Origin: Candidatus Delongbacteria bacterium
GTDB lineage: Bacteria > UBA4055
Length of the DNA: 55,644 nt
Assembly: GCA_016937995.1 (NCBI GenBank)
Contig: JAFGVM010000043.1
Location: 1 to 55,644 of the forward strand
Direction of reading: 5' to 3'
Made by a program: the position numbers and the translations under genes. How positions within the stretch are numbered: position 1 is the first letter of the stretch; each line of letters begins with the position of its first letter. Below are positions 1 through 10,976 of this stretch, piece by piece. The notes beneath the pieces were generated by a model that was given only the letters and a program-made list of their open reading frames with translations, ran no database searches and was not told where the DNA came from.

Positions 1-91
1 CTTCGAGTGTCTTTTTCTTTTTCATGGTCTGTTCCTCCTTTGATAGAAGTTAATGGTTGCAGACCGTTTACACAAAATTATTTACACACCC
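1..91 (-). mobile_element. Left end of an insertion sequence, probably IS256 family: terminal IR, RBS and first codons of the putative transposase, running off the window edge
   Basis: Minus strand reads GGGTGTGTAAATAATTTTGTGTAAAC...AAAGGAGGAACAGACC-ATG AAA AAG AAA AAG ACA CTC GAA (ATG at 25..23, MKKKKTLE). 70/72 nt identical to 48274-48345. The terminus resembles IS256-family IRs. The transposase body is outside the window. Confidence 0.75.
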
Positions 92-102
92 TTTTGTGAA
101 TA

Positions 103-1932
103 TTATAAATTCTTCAACCAATAGTATGAACTTAATAACAAGAAAATTTGCTTTTCTTTGTTATAACCTTTTTTATGCATCGATAAGATATTTTCAATCT
201 CAGTTTTATTTAGATAATCTAAAAGCTTATTGTCTTTTGAGAGTAGTATGTCTCTAATTTCAACATTACTTTCTCTGAACCAAATATCAGTAGGTGACTG
301 AAATCCAAATTTGGGGCGGTTTATTATTTTTGGTGGTAGGAATTTTTTAGCGTATTCTTTCAAAACCACCTTAGTATAACCACGTTTCACCTTGTAAGAT
401 AAAGGTAAACTTTCTAAGAAATCTACCAGTTTAAGATCAAGCATTGGTACACGGCATTCTAATGAGAAATTCATTGTTATTTTGTCTGTATACAATAAAA
501 GATCATCTGCCAACTGCATATGCTTATCAATTGCCATCATTCTGGCTGTAGAATTTTCCATAGAACCACAATTTAGTATATCATAATAGTATTTTATGTA
601 TTCTTCAGAAAGTATTTTATCTGATCCTGTTAATAATTTAATTTCATCGGCAGTGAATATGCTGTATATCTTTGCAAATCGACTAACATCGTCCTGAGTA
701 CTTAAAGAATTTGCACCTCTAATTAATTTTTCATTTTTAGTTCCAAATGATTTTACAAGAAATGATGCCAGTTTAAAAAGGATTTTAGGATACTTGTTAA
801 AAAGTATTTCACCCTGATATCTTGGATATCCACCCAACAGTTCATCAGCGCCTTGACCTGTAAGAACCACCTTAACTTTTTCAGATGCAAGTTTGGAAAG
901 ATAATACATAGGTATAAATGAAGTAGTAGCTATGGGTTCTTCAACAATACTTGAACATTTTTCAAGCATCTCAAAAAAATCTTTAGATTCCATCTTTGCA
1001 ACATGATGCTCCATTCCGAAATGATCAGCTGTTTCCCGCGCTAAAGCGATCTCATTTACAGAATATTCAGAATCAAAACCTACTGTAAAAGCTTTCATTT
1101 TATAAGGTAATTTCTTTGATGCTATCCCGGCAACCAGTGCGGAATCGATCCCTCCACTCAGTAACACTCCTACTTCCACATCTGACATTAATTGCCTTTC
1201 AACTGATTGTTCTAAAACCAATCCATATTCTTTAACACTTTTAGCAAAGCTTAAGTTTTTCAATCCTGTATAAGTATCTAAAAATGATCTAAAATTCATA
1301 CCTAAAACATTAGTCTTAAGATCAATTTCAGCAAAATGACCAGGTCTTAGTTTATTGATTCCTTTAAGCAGTGTTGTAGGAGATGGACAATATCTTAAAT
1401 TAAGCATTAAGTTTAGAGAAGTTGGATCTAAAGAAGCATTAATACTTTTTTTTATTGGTCTTATTTCTGAAGAAAACAATACTTTGTTACCGTCACAAAA
1501 ATGATAAAGTGGTTTAACTCCGTATTTATCTCTGGCTAAATATAATTTTCCTGATTCTCTATCATAAACTGAAAATGCAAATATTCCATTAAAATCCTTA
1601 ATAGAGTCAATTCCTTTTTCAATTATATAATAAAGAACTGTTTCTGTATCGGAATGCCCATTAAATTTGGTTCGCTTTAGTTTTTCTCTCAGTTGTATAT
1701 GATTATATATCTCTCCGTTGAATATTATACAATAGTTACCACATTCACTGAGCATCGGTTGGTTTCCCGATTCACTCAGATCTACTATTGACAATCTGGT
1801 TTGTCCGAGAGTAATCTTATTATCGAAGGTAGTATCTCTGAAGATCGATTGTCTGTCAGGTCCGCGATGCTTGATAAGATCAAGTAGATCATCATTAAAA
1901 TCATAGTTAATACTACCCAATATACCACACAT
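103..1932 (-). CDS. asnB: Asparagine synthase (glutamine-hydrolysing) family amidotransferase, polysaccharide-associated (WbpS-like)
   Basis: N-terminal MCGI (catalytic Cys2), HRGPD, FNGEIYN, SDTE, LSGGIDS, TGQGADELLGGY motifs. Confidence 0.92.
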   Translation of the reverse strand: MCGILGSINYDFNDDLLDLIKHRGPDRQSIFRDTTFDNKITLGQTRLSIVDLSESGNQPMLSECGNYCIIFNGEIYNHIQLREKLKRTKFNGHSDTETVLYYIIEKGIDSIKDFNGIFAFSVYDRESGKLYLARDKYGVKPLYHFCDGNKVLFSSEIRPIKKSINASLDPTSLNLMLNLRYCPSPTTLLKGINKLRPGHFAEIDLKTNVLGMNFRSFLDTYTGLKNLSFAKSVKEYGLVLEQSVERQLMSDVEVGVLLSGGIDSALVAGIASKKLPYKMKAFTVGFDSEYSVNEIALARETADHFGMEHHVAKMESKDFFEMLEKCSSIVEEPIATTSFIPMYYLSKLASEKVKVVLTGQGADELLGGYPRYQGEILFNKYPKILFKLASFLVKSFGTKNEKLIRGANSLSTQDDVSRFAKIYSIFTADEIKLLTGSDKILSEEYIKYYYDILNCGSMENSTARMMAIDKHMQLADDLLLYTDKITMNFSLECRVPMLDLKLVDFLESLPLSYKVKRGYTKVVLKEYAKKFLPPKIINRPKFGFQSPTDIWFRESNVEIRDILLSKDNKLLDYLNKTEIENILSMHKKGYNKEKQIFLLLSSYYWLKNL

Positions 1933-1953
1933 TTGTAAACCTTAAGTTATTAT

Positions 1954-2979
1954 TTAAACTCTCTCTTTTATAAAATTCAAAACAGATTCAAAAGCATCTC
2001 TGTTCATATCAATTTCAGATAGATCTTTTTTCTTAAAAACTATTTTTGTCAGATCGTCTTTTGAAGTTATAAAAATCAATTTCCCTCGTTCTTCAAGGTT
2101 TGAATCAACTCCAGGTCTTTTACCCTGGAAAATACTGTAAACAGGTGTATTCATTGCAGCAGCTTCCCTATTCATTGTTCCACCACCACTTATTACAAGA
2201 TCGCTATGAAAAACTAAGTTCAACCCTTCTTCCACTTGGGCAGGAACTATAACATTCTTCTTGGGGTTATTTATGTACTTTGAATACTTCTCTTTCTGAG
2301 AATCATATCTTGGTACAAATACAATTTGTACATCATCTCTCGACACAAGTAATTCGAATAACTCCCCGATCAGATCATAAGATACATCCAGATTATAATG
2401 TGATACTTCTGACGCCGGTCTTAAAAGAATAACAATTTTATTATTATTTATTCCTAATCTCTCTGTAATCGTTGGATCGTCTTTAAAAAATGGAAGATAT
2501 ATGTTTTCTTTTAAACCTGGATAAAAATTCAGCTTCTCTTCAGGAAAATCTAATTTCAATAGATCTTCTTTTTTAAGAAAAGAAGTTGCCAGTAGATATT
2601 TACTCATTTTCTTAAATAAAAAACTTTCGACATGTTCGTAATCAAACATAACTATTGAAGGTATTCCAAGAAGTTTTGAAGCTAAAATTCCGGCTCTTGC
2701 CCCATGAGTAACGGATAAAGTAATATTCTTACCTATGCCCCATAAAAACAATCTGAAAGTTCTCAGTAAATTAAAAAAATATTTATTGAAAAGATTTTTA
2801 CCAGGGTGCTTTCCCACAAGTTTATATTTAATACCTTTCAGGTCTAATAAACCTACGGTCTGGTTATATTCTCTGGCTGTCACATATACACTATATTCCT
2901 TTGCCAACTCTCTAATAATATGCTCAAATATCTGAACGTGAGGAGAATTATCTATATCTATCCAAACAACTTTCTTCAT
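1954..2979 (-). CDS. DUF354 domain protein (GT-B-like fold)
   Basis: VWIDIDNSPHV start, GGGTMNREAA and PVYSIF motifs typical of DUF354. Confidence 0.85.
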   Translation of the reverse strand: MKKVVWIDIDNSPHVQIFEHIIRELAKEYSVYVTAREYNQTVGLLDLKGIKYKLVGKHPGKNLFNKYFFNLLRTFRLFLWGIGKNITLSVTHGARAGILASKLLGIPSIVMFDYEHVESFLFKKMSKYLLATSFLKKEDLLKLDFPEEKLNFYPGLKENIYLPFFKDDPTITERLGINNNKIVILLRPASEVSHYNLDVSYDLIGELFELLVSRDDVQIVFVPRYDSQKEKYSKYINNPKKNVIVPAQVEEGLNLVFHSDLVISGGGTMNREAAAMNTPVYSIFQGKRPGVDSNLEERGKLIFITSKDDLTKIVFKKKDLSEIDMNRDAFESVLNFIKERV

Positions 2980-3491
2980 TATTTCCTTTTCCTGATCAGC
3001 TTTGCAGGAACTCCACCCACTACAGAATATTCTTCTACATCTTTTGTTACAATTGCTCCAGCAGCAATAATACTACCCTTACCTATGGTAACTCCGGGCA
3101 TAATTATTACGTTCCTCCCAATCCACACATCGTCTTCAATAGTAGGGATTATTTCTTTTGTGGATCCTTGATGGACCATTGGAATATCTGTTCTGGAAAA
3201 ATTATGAGTAGAAGTTAATATTGCTGTATTAGGGGCTATCATCACACAATTACCGATCTTTGCACCCTGAATAAATACATTTTCATTTATCTGACATTCA
3301 GAACCAATAGAAATATTCTTTGCATCACTTATAAATATACTATTCTCAAAATAGCATTTTTGAGGATCAGAGATGATTTTTATAATATTTGAAACATACC
3401 ATACTCTTATAAAATTAAAAAACTTACCATACCTGGAATTTGGCATGTTTTTAATGATCATGTAGTAAAAAATTAATATCAATTTCTTCAT
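2979..3491 (-). CDS. Hexapeptide-repeat O-acyltransferase
   Basis: [35 protein letters not shown]...GGVPAK. Confidence 0.9.
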   Translation of the reverse strand: MKKLILIFYYMIIKNMPNSRYGKFFNFIRVWYVSNIIKIISDPQKCYFENSIFISDAKNISIGSECQINENVFIQGAKIGNCVMIAPNTAILTSTHNFSRTDIPMVHQGSTKEIIPTIEDDVWIGRNVIIMPGVTIGKGSIIAAGAIVTKDVEEYSVVGGVPAKLIRKRK

Positions 3492-3492
3492 T

Positions 3493-4440
3493 TTACTCCA
3501 ATATTCTTGTGTATATTTTTTTTATTTTACCCGCAACACTTAACATATCAAGCTCTTTCGTAATGAGTTGATCCCTACTGTTATATTCCTTAGTATTTAA
3601 ACTTCTCTCGGCTAATTCAGCAATATCTTCAGGAGAATTATTTTTTGAAACAAATGATCCGTTGCAACCACTTAACATATCTGCAACATTCCCTACATTA
3701 GTTGATACTACAGGTATATTACATGCCATAGCTTCTTTTACTGCATTTGGAGATCCTTCATGATCTGAAGTTAAAATCATAATGTCGGATGAACTATAAT
3801 AGAACGGAACTTTAGATCTTTCTACTCCATACAATATCAATGGCTCGATTTCAATATCTTTGGAATTTAACAATTCAATTACTCTAACAAATTTATCATA
3901 TCTTTTAATTTTATTTTTTTTTCCGTCTGCTGAGACAAAAAGTGCGTATTTTTTATTTACTACCAGTGATAATTTTTCTCTGCTTGATGTTCGATCCAGT
4001 GGATAAAAAAGATCCAAATTTACTCCATTTGGGCAATAAAGCATCTTCTTATCATTTATCCAGGACTTATTAGCATTTTTGTAAATAATTATATCACTGA
4101 AAGGTTTTACAATTTTCAGTAATAATTTATCAAGAAGTTTTCCACCTGAATTAATATCGCCCAGCAGTGATAATACAAATTTCTTTCTTGTGAAAGCTAA
4201 TAAAAAAACAAGACCAGAATAAATATGATGACAATGAACTATTTCATAATCTTTAGCTATTTTACGAATTTTGAATATATTTCTCAAATATTCAATTTTC
4301 CCTTTTTCCCATGCATTAATAAAATAAACATCATTTTCATAACCATTTGAATTGATAGAATCAATCTGCTCTTTGATAAAAATACCAAATGAAGAGTAAT
4401 TTTTAGTGGGGTATGCATTGGTTATATGTAGAATTTTCAT
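3493..4440 (-). CDS. Glycosyltransferase family 4 (TuaC-like)
   Basis: YP..GIFIKEQ N-terminus; [23 protein letters not shown] (ExxxxxxxE motif). Confidence 0.88.
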   Translation of the reverse strand: MKILHITNAYPTKNYSSFGIFIKEQIDSINSNGYENDVYFINAWEKGKIEYLRNIFKIRKIAKDYEIVHCHHIYSGLVFLLAFTRKKFVLSLLGDINSGGKLLDKLLLKIVKPFSDIIIYKNANKSWINDKKMLYCPNGVNLDLFYPLDRTSSREKLSLVVNKKYALFVSADGKKNKIKRYDKFVRVIELLNSKDIEIEPLILYGVERSKVPFYYSSSDIMILTSDHEGSPNAVKEAMACNIPVVSTNVGNVADMLSGCNGSFVSKNNSPEDIAELAERSLNTKEYNSRDQLITKELDMLSVAGKIKKIYTRILE

Positions 4441-4444
4441 AGTA

Positions 4445-6265
4445 TCAGCTCTTTATCTTTATCTTATGCTGGATCAACCATTCTTCAAAGAATAATATTG
4501 ACCAAATTAAAGTTGAAGCATATCTACTGATCTTCTTATGTTTTTTTAACATAATGAATATCTTAAGTATCTTCTTTTTATTCAGATATTTGATAGTCTG
4601 ACCATTGAATATCAACTCAGAAAAATACTTTAAATTTTCTTCTTTTTCTAGCCAGTTCAATAATGGAGGAGCAAATCCGCTTTTCGCCCTATAAATAAAG
4701 TCATTCTCCATGAATTTTTCTAATAACTTTTTCAAAGGCCATTTAACAATACCGTTTCGATTCTTTGTTGATAATGGTATTTTTGCCTGAACATTAATCA
4801 TTTTCTTCCATGTGAACGGAAATATGATCTTTAATCCCAAATTTTCAGCAGGAGTATATCCTTTTGCAACCCATAAACGGCTGTTTATATGAAAAAATTG
4901 TATCATATTCATTTTTTCATAATATCCCGGGGAATTAAAATCTATCATTGGTTTTAAATATTTTTCGAGATATTCAACAGCTTTTTGATTAAAAACTGAC
5001 GGTTTTTCAATATAAACCATTTCACCTGCAGATAACATTGTATGACTGGCATAAATACTCTTTTCTTTTGCTCTATTAACTGCCATCAATTTTTTATTAA
5101 AACTGCCGTCACCTATCCAAAGATCAAATATTTTCATAAAGTTATTCGCAAGATGTAAAATAGCAGAAGGATATCTATAAAGTTTTTTCCATATTGATAT
5201 CTGGTCCAAACCTCCATAACCAAAACCATCATCAGCTCCATTACACTCTATTATCTTTGCCTGCTTTCCGTACTTGTCATGAATTTCTCTGAGAAGGAAA
5301 TTCAAAGCAACATTGGAATAATCTGTATGAGGATATGTTGTATTCATAGCAGTATCCTTAATACAGCTTATAACATCCTCATCATTGATTTTATGGATTT
5401 CCAAAGGAATTTGAAGTTTTTCAGCAACTTGTTTAGCATATTCTAATTCGGGGTCACTGTCTCCGAACATACAGAAATGACCTATTATATTCTTCTGAAA
5501 TTTTTTAAAATAAAATCCTGCAAGACTGGAATCTATTCCTCCTGAAATAAATATATGTATTTTTTCGTCAGGATCAGAAATTGAGTTAAATATATCTAAT
5601 AAATTCTTTTCCACTTGATCAAGTAATTCATTCTCCTGTGATTCGTCAATTTTAGGATCTAAATGGTGAAGTTTATAAAAATTGATGTATTCTAACGAAA
5701 GATCTTCCTTATTCAATTTTGCATAATGTCCTACAGGAATGCTTTTTATATCCATATCAAGTGTAGTATCCTCTGCAACAGCTCCGAATTTAAGATATGA
5801 AAGATAACCTGTATGATCTATCTTCAATTCTCCTTTAACAGATAACAACAGAGAAAAATCGTTCGAAAAATAAAGTTCATTATTGATATTTAAATAAAAT
5901 ATCCTTCCTGCTCCAGCTCTATTTGAGGATAAATAAACATTTTCATTTTTTTTATCAACATAAATCATACTGATATTAGATTCTATTTCCTCAATAATTT
6001 TTTCTTTTTTTAATGCTAGTAATTCAGCAATTTTTGTATCACTTGCAGCAATAATACATTTATTCTGTTCTATGAATATATTATCATGTGAAACGAACAG
6101 ATCATTTTCTGTAGAAATTAACTTTACATTCTCATTTTTGTAATACACTTTAATTTTACAATCAGACAAGATCGACTCCACATTTTTCCAATTATTTTCA
6201 GGAAACGAACTGTCTAATTTACTAACTTCAAGATCTTTTTTTGTTAATAAACCAAATACTTTCAT
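4445..6265 (-). CDS. Divergent asparagine-synthase-like ATP-dependent amide ligase lacking the N-terminal catalytic Cys
   Basis: SGGIDS PP-loop, NGADDGFG, RAKSGFAPPL motifs; N-terminus is MKVFG rather than MCG. Confidence 0.75.
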   Translation of the reverse strand: MKVFGLLTKKDLEVSKLDSSFPENNWKNVESILSDCKIKVYYKNENVKLISTENDLFVSHDNIFIEQNKCIIAASDTKIAELLALKKEKIIEEIESNISMIYVDKKNENVYLSSNRAGAGRIFYLNINNELYFSNDFSLLLSVKGELKIDHTGYLSYLKFGAVAEDTTLDMDIKSIPVGHYAKLNKEDLSLEYINFYKLHHLDPKIDESQENELLDQVEKNLLDIFNSISDPDEKIHIFISGGIDSSLAGFYFKKFQKNIIGHFCMFGDSDPELEYAKQVAEKLQIPLEIHKINDEDVISCIKDTAMNTTYPHTDYSNVALNFLLREIHDKYGKQAKIIECNGADDGFGYGGLDQISIWKKLYRYPSAILHLANNFMKIFDLWIGDGSFNKKLMAVNRAKEKSIYASHTMLSAGEMVYIEKPSVFNQKAVEYLEKYLKPMIDFNSPGYYEKMNMIQFFHINSRLWVAKGYTPAENLGLKIIFPFTWKKMINVQAKIPLSTKNRNGIVKWPLKKLLEKFMENDFIYRAKSGFAPPLLNWLEKEENLKYFSELIFNGQTIKYLNKKKILKIFIMLKKHKKISRYASTLIWSILFFEEWLIQHKIKIKS

Positions 6266-6295
6266 TTTGCCCCCCTATGGTCTTAATTATTACTA

Positions 6296-7387
6296 TTAAA
6301 CTTCTTTATACAAACTGATCATACTGTTAACCATACTAGTGATTGAAAAATTTCTCTCAATGGTTTTTCGTGATTCATTACCAAATGAACTCATTTTAGC
6401 TGGATCTGATATTAATTCGGAGATTTTATTAGCCATCCCGATATGATCACCTTCATTTAGAACATAACCCGATTTTCCTGAATCTATTATCTCTTTGAGA
6501 CCTCCACTACCACTTGCTATTGCAGGTTTTCCCAATGCCATATATTCCAGTACTGAATTTGATATACCTTCTGAATATGTTGCAAGAACTCCAATATCGC
6601 AAACATTAATAATTTCTTCGATGTTTTCTCTTCTATCCATAATTAAAATTTTGTTTACATTGTCTGGTTCGATCATGCTCCTGAATGATTCTTTATTACC
6701 TGCTCCAATACACAAAAATGTAACGTCGTTTATATTATTTAAGACTATCTGAGCCGCCTTAATATAAGTTCTATAATCTTTAAAAATTGAAAACGCTGCA
6801 ACCATACAAATAGTGTATTTTGTTTTAATTTTTAGTGAATTTTTTACATATTCTTTATCCTTCAGATTCTCTAATCTCTTAAAATCAAAACCATTATAAA
6901 TACATCTGCTTTTTCGGGAAGGTGCTTTAAAAGATTTTAAACCAGCTTTAGAATTACCAAGTATAATATTTGAAAATTGGAACGAAAATTTTGAGAAAAT
7001 CCAATTTTTAGATAGAATACCCACCCTATTCGGAGCTGAAGTAATCATTCCATTAATAAATTTAAATTTATTGAAAATTTTCAGGATACTAACGTAAACT
7101 GAAGCATCTCCTGCCCAAGAATGAATAATATCAGGCTTATACTCAGAAATGATACTATTAAGCTTCAATAATAATTTAAAGCTACCCATTTTTTCTTTTT
7201 TTATTGTTATAATTTCAATCCCGAGTTCATAAACAACATTAAAATCTATTTTGTCTGACAGAAGAACAATAATATAATCTATTGGTTCATCCTTTTTTGT
7301 GTTCTTTACCAACTCAACCAGTCGTCTTTCCTTACCACCTGTTGCAAGTGATTCTATAATGTGCAGTATTTTTATCTTAGCTTCCAT
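6296..7387 (-). CDS. Glycosyltransferase family 4
   Basis: LATGGKERRL; EGISNSVLEYMALGKP. Confidence 0.9.
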   Translation of the reverse strand: MEAKIKILHIIESLATGGKERRLVELVKNTKKDEPIDYIIVLLSDKIDFNVVYELGIEIITIKKEKMGSFKLLLKLNSIISEYKPDIIHSWAGDASVYVSILKIFNKFKFINGMITSAPNRVGILSKNWIFSKFSFQFSNIILGNSKAGLKSFKAPSRKSRCIYNGFDFKRLENLKDKEYVKNSLKIKTKYTICMVAAFSIFKDYRTYIKAAQIVLNNINDVTFLCIGAGNKESFRSMIEPDNVNKILIMDRRENIEEIINVCDIGVLATYSEGISNSVLEYMALGKPAIASGSGGLKEIIDSGKSGYVLNEGDHIGMANKISELISDPAKMSSFGNESRKTIERNFSITSMVNSMISLYKEV

Positions 7388-8259
7388 TATAATTTTAATA
7401 CCTTCACTAATTCTTCAGAAAATAATTTTCCACCCTTATCATTCAGATGGTCCTGATTTGAAAAATATTCATCATGATCAATATACAATTCTCTAAAATC
7501 ATATACCGGGATACCTAAGCTTTTAAAAATATTATCAGCTCCATAATTTTTACCATAAGTTTCATTCAGATAATCTTTAGCCAACGGAAATTTAATTGCT
7601 ACTATATCTATTTTTCTATCTTTACATAATTCAATAATTGATCTAACACATTCTGTCAATTTCTCTGAAGAATCTGAACCCACATATTGCAACTCGGCTC
7701 TTTCACGCGATAATTGACGTTTTTTATTATTTAATTTCCAGTTCGTTTGTGCTTTATTTTTATTTTCAAGAAATGATTTAAAATAATTTTTTACGATTTC
7801 TGTTGTTTTCGGATTGAACAGCGGAACGATTCTCTGCAAGTATTTCTCTTTAAATAATTCGTATGAATTTGTAATTAACAAATCGTAATCATTAAACTGA
7901 ATATATTTGACAGATCTATCCGAGTTATTGAAATTTTCTCTATATTTTGATAAAGTATGGTTATCTGTTGTAATTATAACTTTTTCTATACTTGAGTTTT
8001 TAATTGAATAAAGCAATTTCCTATACATGTCAAAATATGAGTCACTTGCAGACGAATAATTTAATACTCCTTGCATCTTCAAATTGTCTTTTAAAGGTAA
8101 TCCATGAGAATCAGCAAGCAATATTATTTTACACGAATCGTTGACATATTGATTATTATACGGTTTATAATAATATGGCTCAACTATCAGCAGAACAAAA
8201 GAATTAAAGATAAGCAAGCCTATTGAGAAAAATATTATATGTTTTAAAAAAATATTCAT
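7387..8259 (-). CDS. Membrane-anchored SGNH-like protein, partner of the adjacent MBOAT (AlgJ/DltD-like role)
   Basis: N-terminal TM helix, ADSH block I-like motif, C-terminal FSNQDHLNDKG (DxxH-like); directly downstream of MBOAT. Confidence 0.7.
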   Translation of the reverse strand: MNIFLKHIIFFSIGLLIFNSFVLLIVEPYYYKPYNNQYVNDSCKIILLADSHGLPLKDNLKMQGVLNYSSASDSYFDMYRKLLYSIKNSSIEKVIITTDNHTLSKYRENFNNSDRSVKYIQFNDYDLLITNSYELFKEKYLQRIVPLFNPKTTEIVKNYFKSFLENKNKAQTNWKLNNKKRQLSRERAELQYVGSDSSEKLTECVRSIIELCKDRKIDIVAIKFPLAKDYLNETYGKNYGADNIFKSLGIPVYDFRELYIDHDEYFSNQDHLNDKGGKLFSEELVKVLKL

Positions 8260-8261
8260 AA

Positions 8262-9710
8262 TTAAAACTGGAAATAAATAAATTCTAAATTATCAGAGAA
8301 ATTGCCAAATAGATATATTGATATAACAATTGTATAATAAAATGCATACTTTGTTAATTTGTTATGATAAATTCTAACATCAGCAATAGCAAATTCATCC
8401 TTTCTTCCAAACCATTCAATCATTATAAACACTGCTATCAAAACCAGTGTTGTCAATGCTTTCATTGGCAGATCAGGTACTTCAAACAATGATTTGGAAA
8501 ATATACCTCTAATATAACCAAACGCATGACTCACACTTTCTGCTCTGAAAAATATCCAGGCAAATGTAGTTAATACAAATGTTAGAACAATACTGCTAAT
8601 TTCCTTTAAATTTGGCAGGATTTTATCGCCGGCAACTATTCCAATGTTTTTTCTATTTTGATTAGATAACAACAAAGGAAGAAAATAAATTGCGTTTAAT
8701 GCTCCCCAAACTATAAAAGTCCAGTTAGCTCCATGCCAGAAGCCGCTTACCACAAAAATTATAAAAGTATTTCTAACCTTTTTACCTAGAGAACCTTTGC
8801 TACCACCTAATGGAATATATAAATAATCCCTAAACCATGTGGATAATGAGATGTGCCACCTTCTCCAAAATTCTGCAATATCTCTAGAGAAATACGGATA
8901 AGCAAAATTCCTCATAAGATCAAAACCAAACAGCTTGGAAGTTCCTATAGCTATATCAGAATAACCTGAAAAATCACCGTATATCTGAAAAGCAAAGAAT
9001 ACCGCACCAAGTACTAGAGCACTCCCTGAATAATTTAACGAATCATTAAAGATCATATTCGCATATTTAGCACAATTATCTGCTATTACTATTTTTTTAA
9101 ATAAACCCCAAAGTATTTGTCTTAATCCTAAAACTGCATTTGAATATATAAAATTACGTTTTACATAAAATTGGGGTAATAAGTGTGTTGCTCTTTCTAT
9201 CGGACCTGCTACCAACTGCGGGAAAAAGCTAACAAAAGCAGAGAAGGCAATAAAATCACTCGTGGGTTCTAATTTATTCCTGTATACATCTATAGAATAG
9301 CTTAATGTCTGGAATGTATAAAAACTAATCCCTACGGGTAAGATGATATTTAGTGTATTTGGTGAAATCTCTTTACCGAATAGAGAATAAGCTTCAATAA
9401 AATTATCTATAAAAAAGTTATAGTATTTGAAAAAGCCAAGGAATCCAATATTAACAAAGATACTTGTCCATAAATAAAATAATCTTTTAGAACTTTTTTT
9501 CTCTCTCTTTAATTTCAGTCCTACAATATAATCAATAACTGTACTGAACAAAATAAGTGACAGGAACCTCCAATCCCACCAACCGTAAAAAACATAACTT
9601 GAGATTACTATTAATAAGTTCTGAAATCTTAGATTTTTATTAAAAACAAACCAATATAAAAAAAATACTAATGGTAAAAATATCGCAAAATCTATTGAAT
9701 TAAAAAACAT
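8262..9710 (-). CDS. MBOAT family O-acyltransferase (AlgI/DltB-like)
   Basis: LPVGISFYTFQ, FFPQLVAGPIER, DFSGYSDIAIG, FWRRWHISLS, SGFWHGANWTF. Confidence 0.95.
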   Translation of the reverse strand: MFFNSIDFAIFLPLVFFLYWFVFNKNLRFQNLLIVISSYVFYGWWDWRFLSLILFSTVIDYIVGLKLKREKKSSKRLFYLWTSIFVNIGFLGFFKYYNFFIDNFIEAYSLFGKEISPNTLNIILPVGISFYTFQTLSYSIDVYRNKLEPTSDFIAFSAFVSFFPQLVAGPIERATHLLPQFYVKRNFIYSNAVLGLRQILWGLFKKIVIADNCAKYANMIFNDSLNYSGSALVLGAVFFAFQIYGDFSGYSDIAIGTSKLFGFDLMRNFAYPYFSRDIAEFWRRWHISLSTWFRDYLYIPLGGSKGSLGKKVRNTFIIFVVSGFWHGANWTFIVWGALNAIYFLPLLLSNQNRKNIGIVAGDKILPNLKEISSIVLTFVLTTFAWIFFRAESVSHAFGYIRGIFSKSLFEVPDLPMKALTTLVLIAVFIMIEWFGRKDEFAIADVRIYHNKLTKYAFYYTIVISIYLFGNFSDNLEFIYFQF

Positions 9711-9716
9711 CTTTTA

Positions 9717-10940
9717 TTATTTCTCATTTTTTAAATAATATTTTCTGTCATTTACAAGCTTAATAACTTTTTTTGCAATTTCAGCGTAATTAAAACTTTT
9801 ACCAGCAATTGCTTTACCATTCTGACCTATTTCATTTGCCTTTTCAGGATTATTTAATAATTCTCTAAGTTTACTAGTAAATGATTCAACACTGTCAGGT
9901 TCTGCAATATAAGCATTTTCACCATCTTTAAGATAAAGTGGGATCTCTCCTGTTCTTGTAACTACTATAGGATTACCTGTTGCTAAATATTCTCCCAATT
10001 TTGTTGGAAAGCATGTATCTGCCTGATCACTTGACGGTTTAGCAAGAACAAGACCAACTGCTGAGTTAAGATAATTCACCATTTCCTCTCTGGTAACAAA
10101 TCCTTTAAAATCCATTTTATCTTTTAAATTAAATTTGCTTATTAACGCTTCAATTCTATCTTTGTCATCAGAAAGATCCATACTACCAGTTAAAATAATT
10201 CTAGTATCCGGAAATTCTTTTGAAATAATCGCGAAAGATTCAATTATTGTCAGTATTCCATCTTTTTTTTGAAGTAATGGTCCTGTATAAACTAAATTTC
10301 TGGTTCGAGTAACTTCTTCTTTATAAATCTCATTGACATCTACGATCACAGGTATTAAAACAACCGGACAATCTTTTGAAACGATCATTTTATAATGTTT
10401 TTGAAGAACTTTTGAGATCGTCAAAAAACCATACAGATCTTTATATAGGAATAATTCTAGAAATTTATTTCTATATTTGAATATACCATCTTGTCTTCTT
10501 CCATGAAAAGGTAATTCTGTTCTTTCTGCAATATATTTTACTTTACCAAGAAAAAACATAATTTTGAATAACATGATCTGATAAGCTGAATTACAGCTTA
10601 TCAGTACTCCGGCATCATAATTACCCTTGATAACTTTGATAGCTGCTTTTATGGGTCCTAAAAAGTCATCTATTCTTCTCTGGATAAAATAAGAAGATCG
10701 AATTGTTTTGCCGGGAGTATACTCAAATGGAATTCCATTTTTAATCCCATTTACTTCATTATTTACAATCTTACCTTTACGTTCGGTAGGCATAGTTAAA
10801 AATATTTTTACGTCAACACCATTTTCTTTCAAACCTTTGGCATGGTAGTAAACTCTGTTTGTTGTAGCTAAACCTTCAGGAAAAGGAGCTTGAGTTATTA
10901 TTGCGATTTTCAAAGTTTCTCCGTTATTCAATTTAAACAT
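9717..10940 (-). CDS. Glycosyltransferase family 4
   Basis: FPEGLATTNRV N-terminus; FPTKLGEYLATGNPIVVT. Confidence 0.88.
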   Translation of the reverse strand: MFKLNNGETLKIAIITQAPFPEGLATTNRVYYHAKGLKENGVDVKIFLTMPTERKGKIVNNEVNGIKNGIPFEYTPGKTIRSSYFIQRRIDDFLGPIKAAIKVIKGNYDAGVLISCNSAYQIMLFKIMFFLGKVKYIAERTELPFHGRRQDGIFKYRNKFLELFLYKDLYGFLTISKVLQKHYKMIVSKDCPVVLIPVIVDVNEIYKEEVTRTRNLVYTGPLLQKKDGILTIIESFAIISKEFPDTRIILTGSMDLSDDKDRIEALISKFNLKDKMDFKGFVTREEMVNYLNSAVGLVLAKPSSDQADTCFPTKLGEYLATGNPIVVTRTGEIPLYLKDGENAYIAEPDSVESFTSKLRELLNNPEKANEIGQNGKAIAGKSFNYAEIAKKVIKLVNDRKYYLKNEK

Positions 10941-10976
10941 CTTAAAAAAATAATTAAAATTTTAAGCTAAATCAAA

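Noticed and set aside
57-257. 66-aa plus-strand ORF
   Set aside because: Starts inside the IS end and runs antisense to asnB; no RBS or recognisable motif
4445-6265. Lasso-peptide cyclase / RiPP cluster
   Set aside because: No precursor, B1/B2 proteins or peptide exporter; the context is purely glycan biosynthesis
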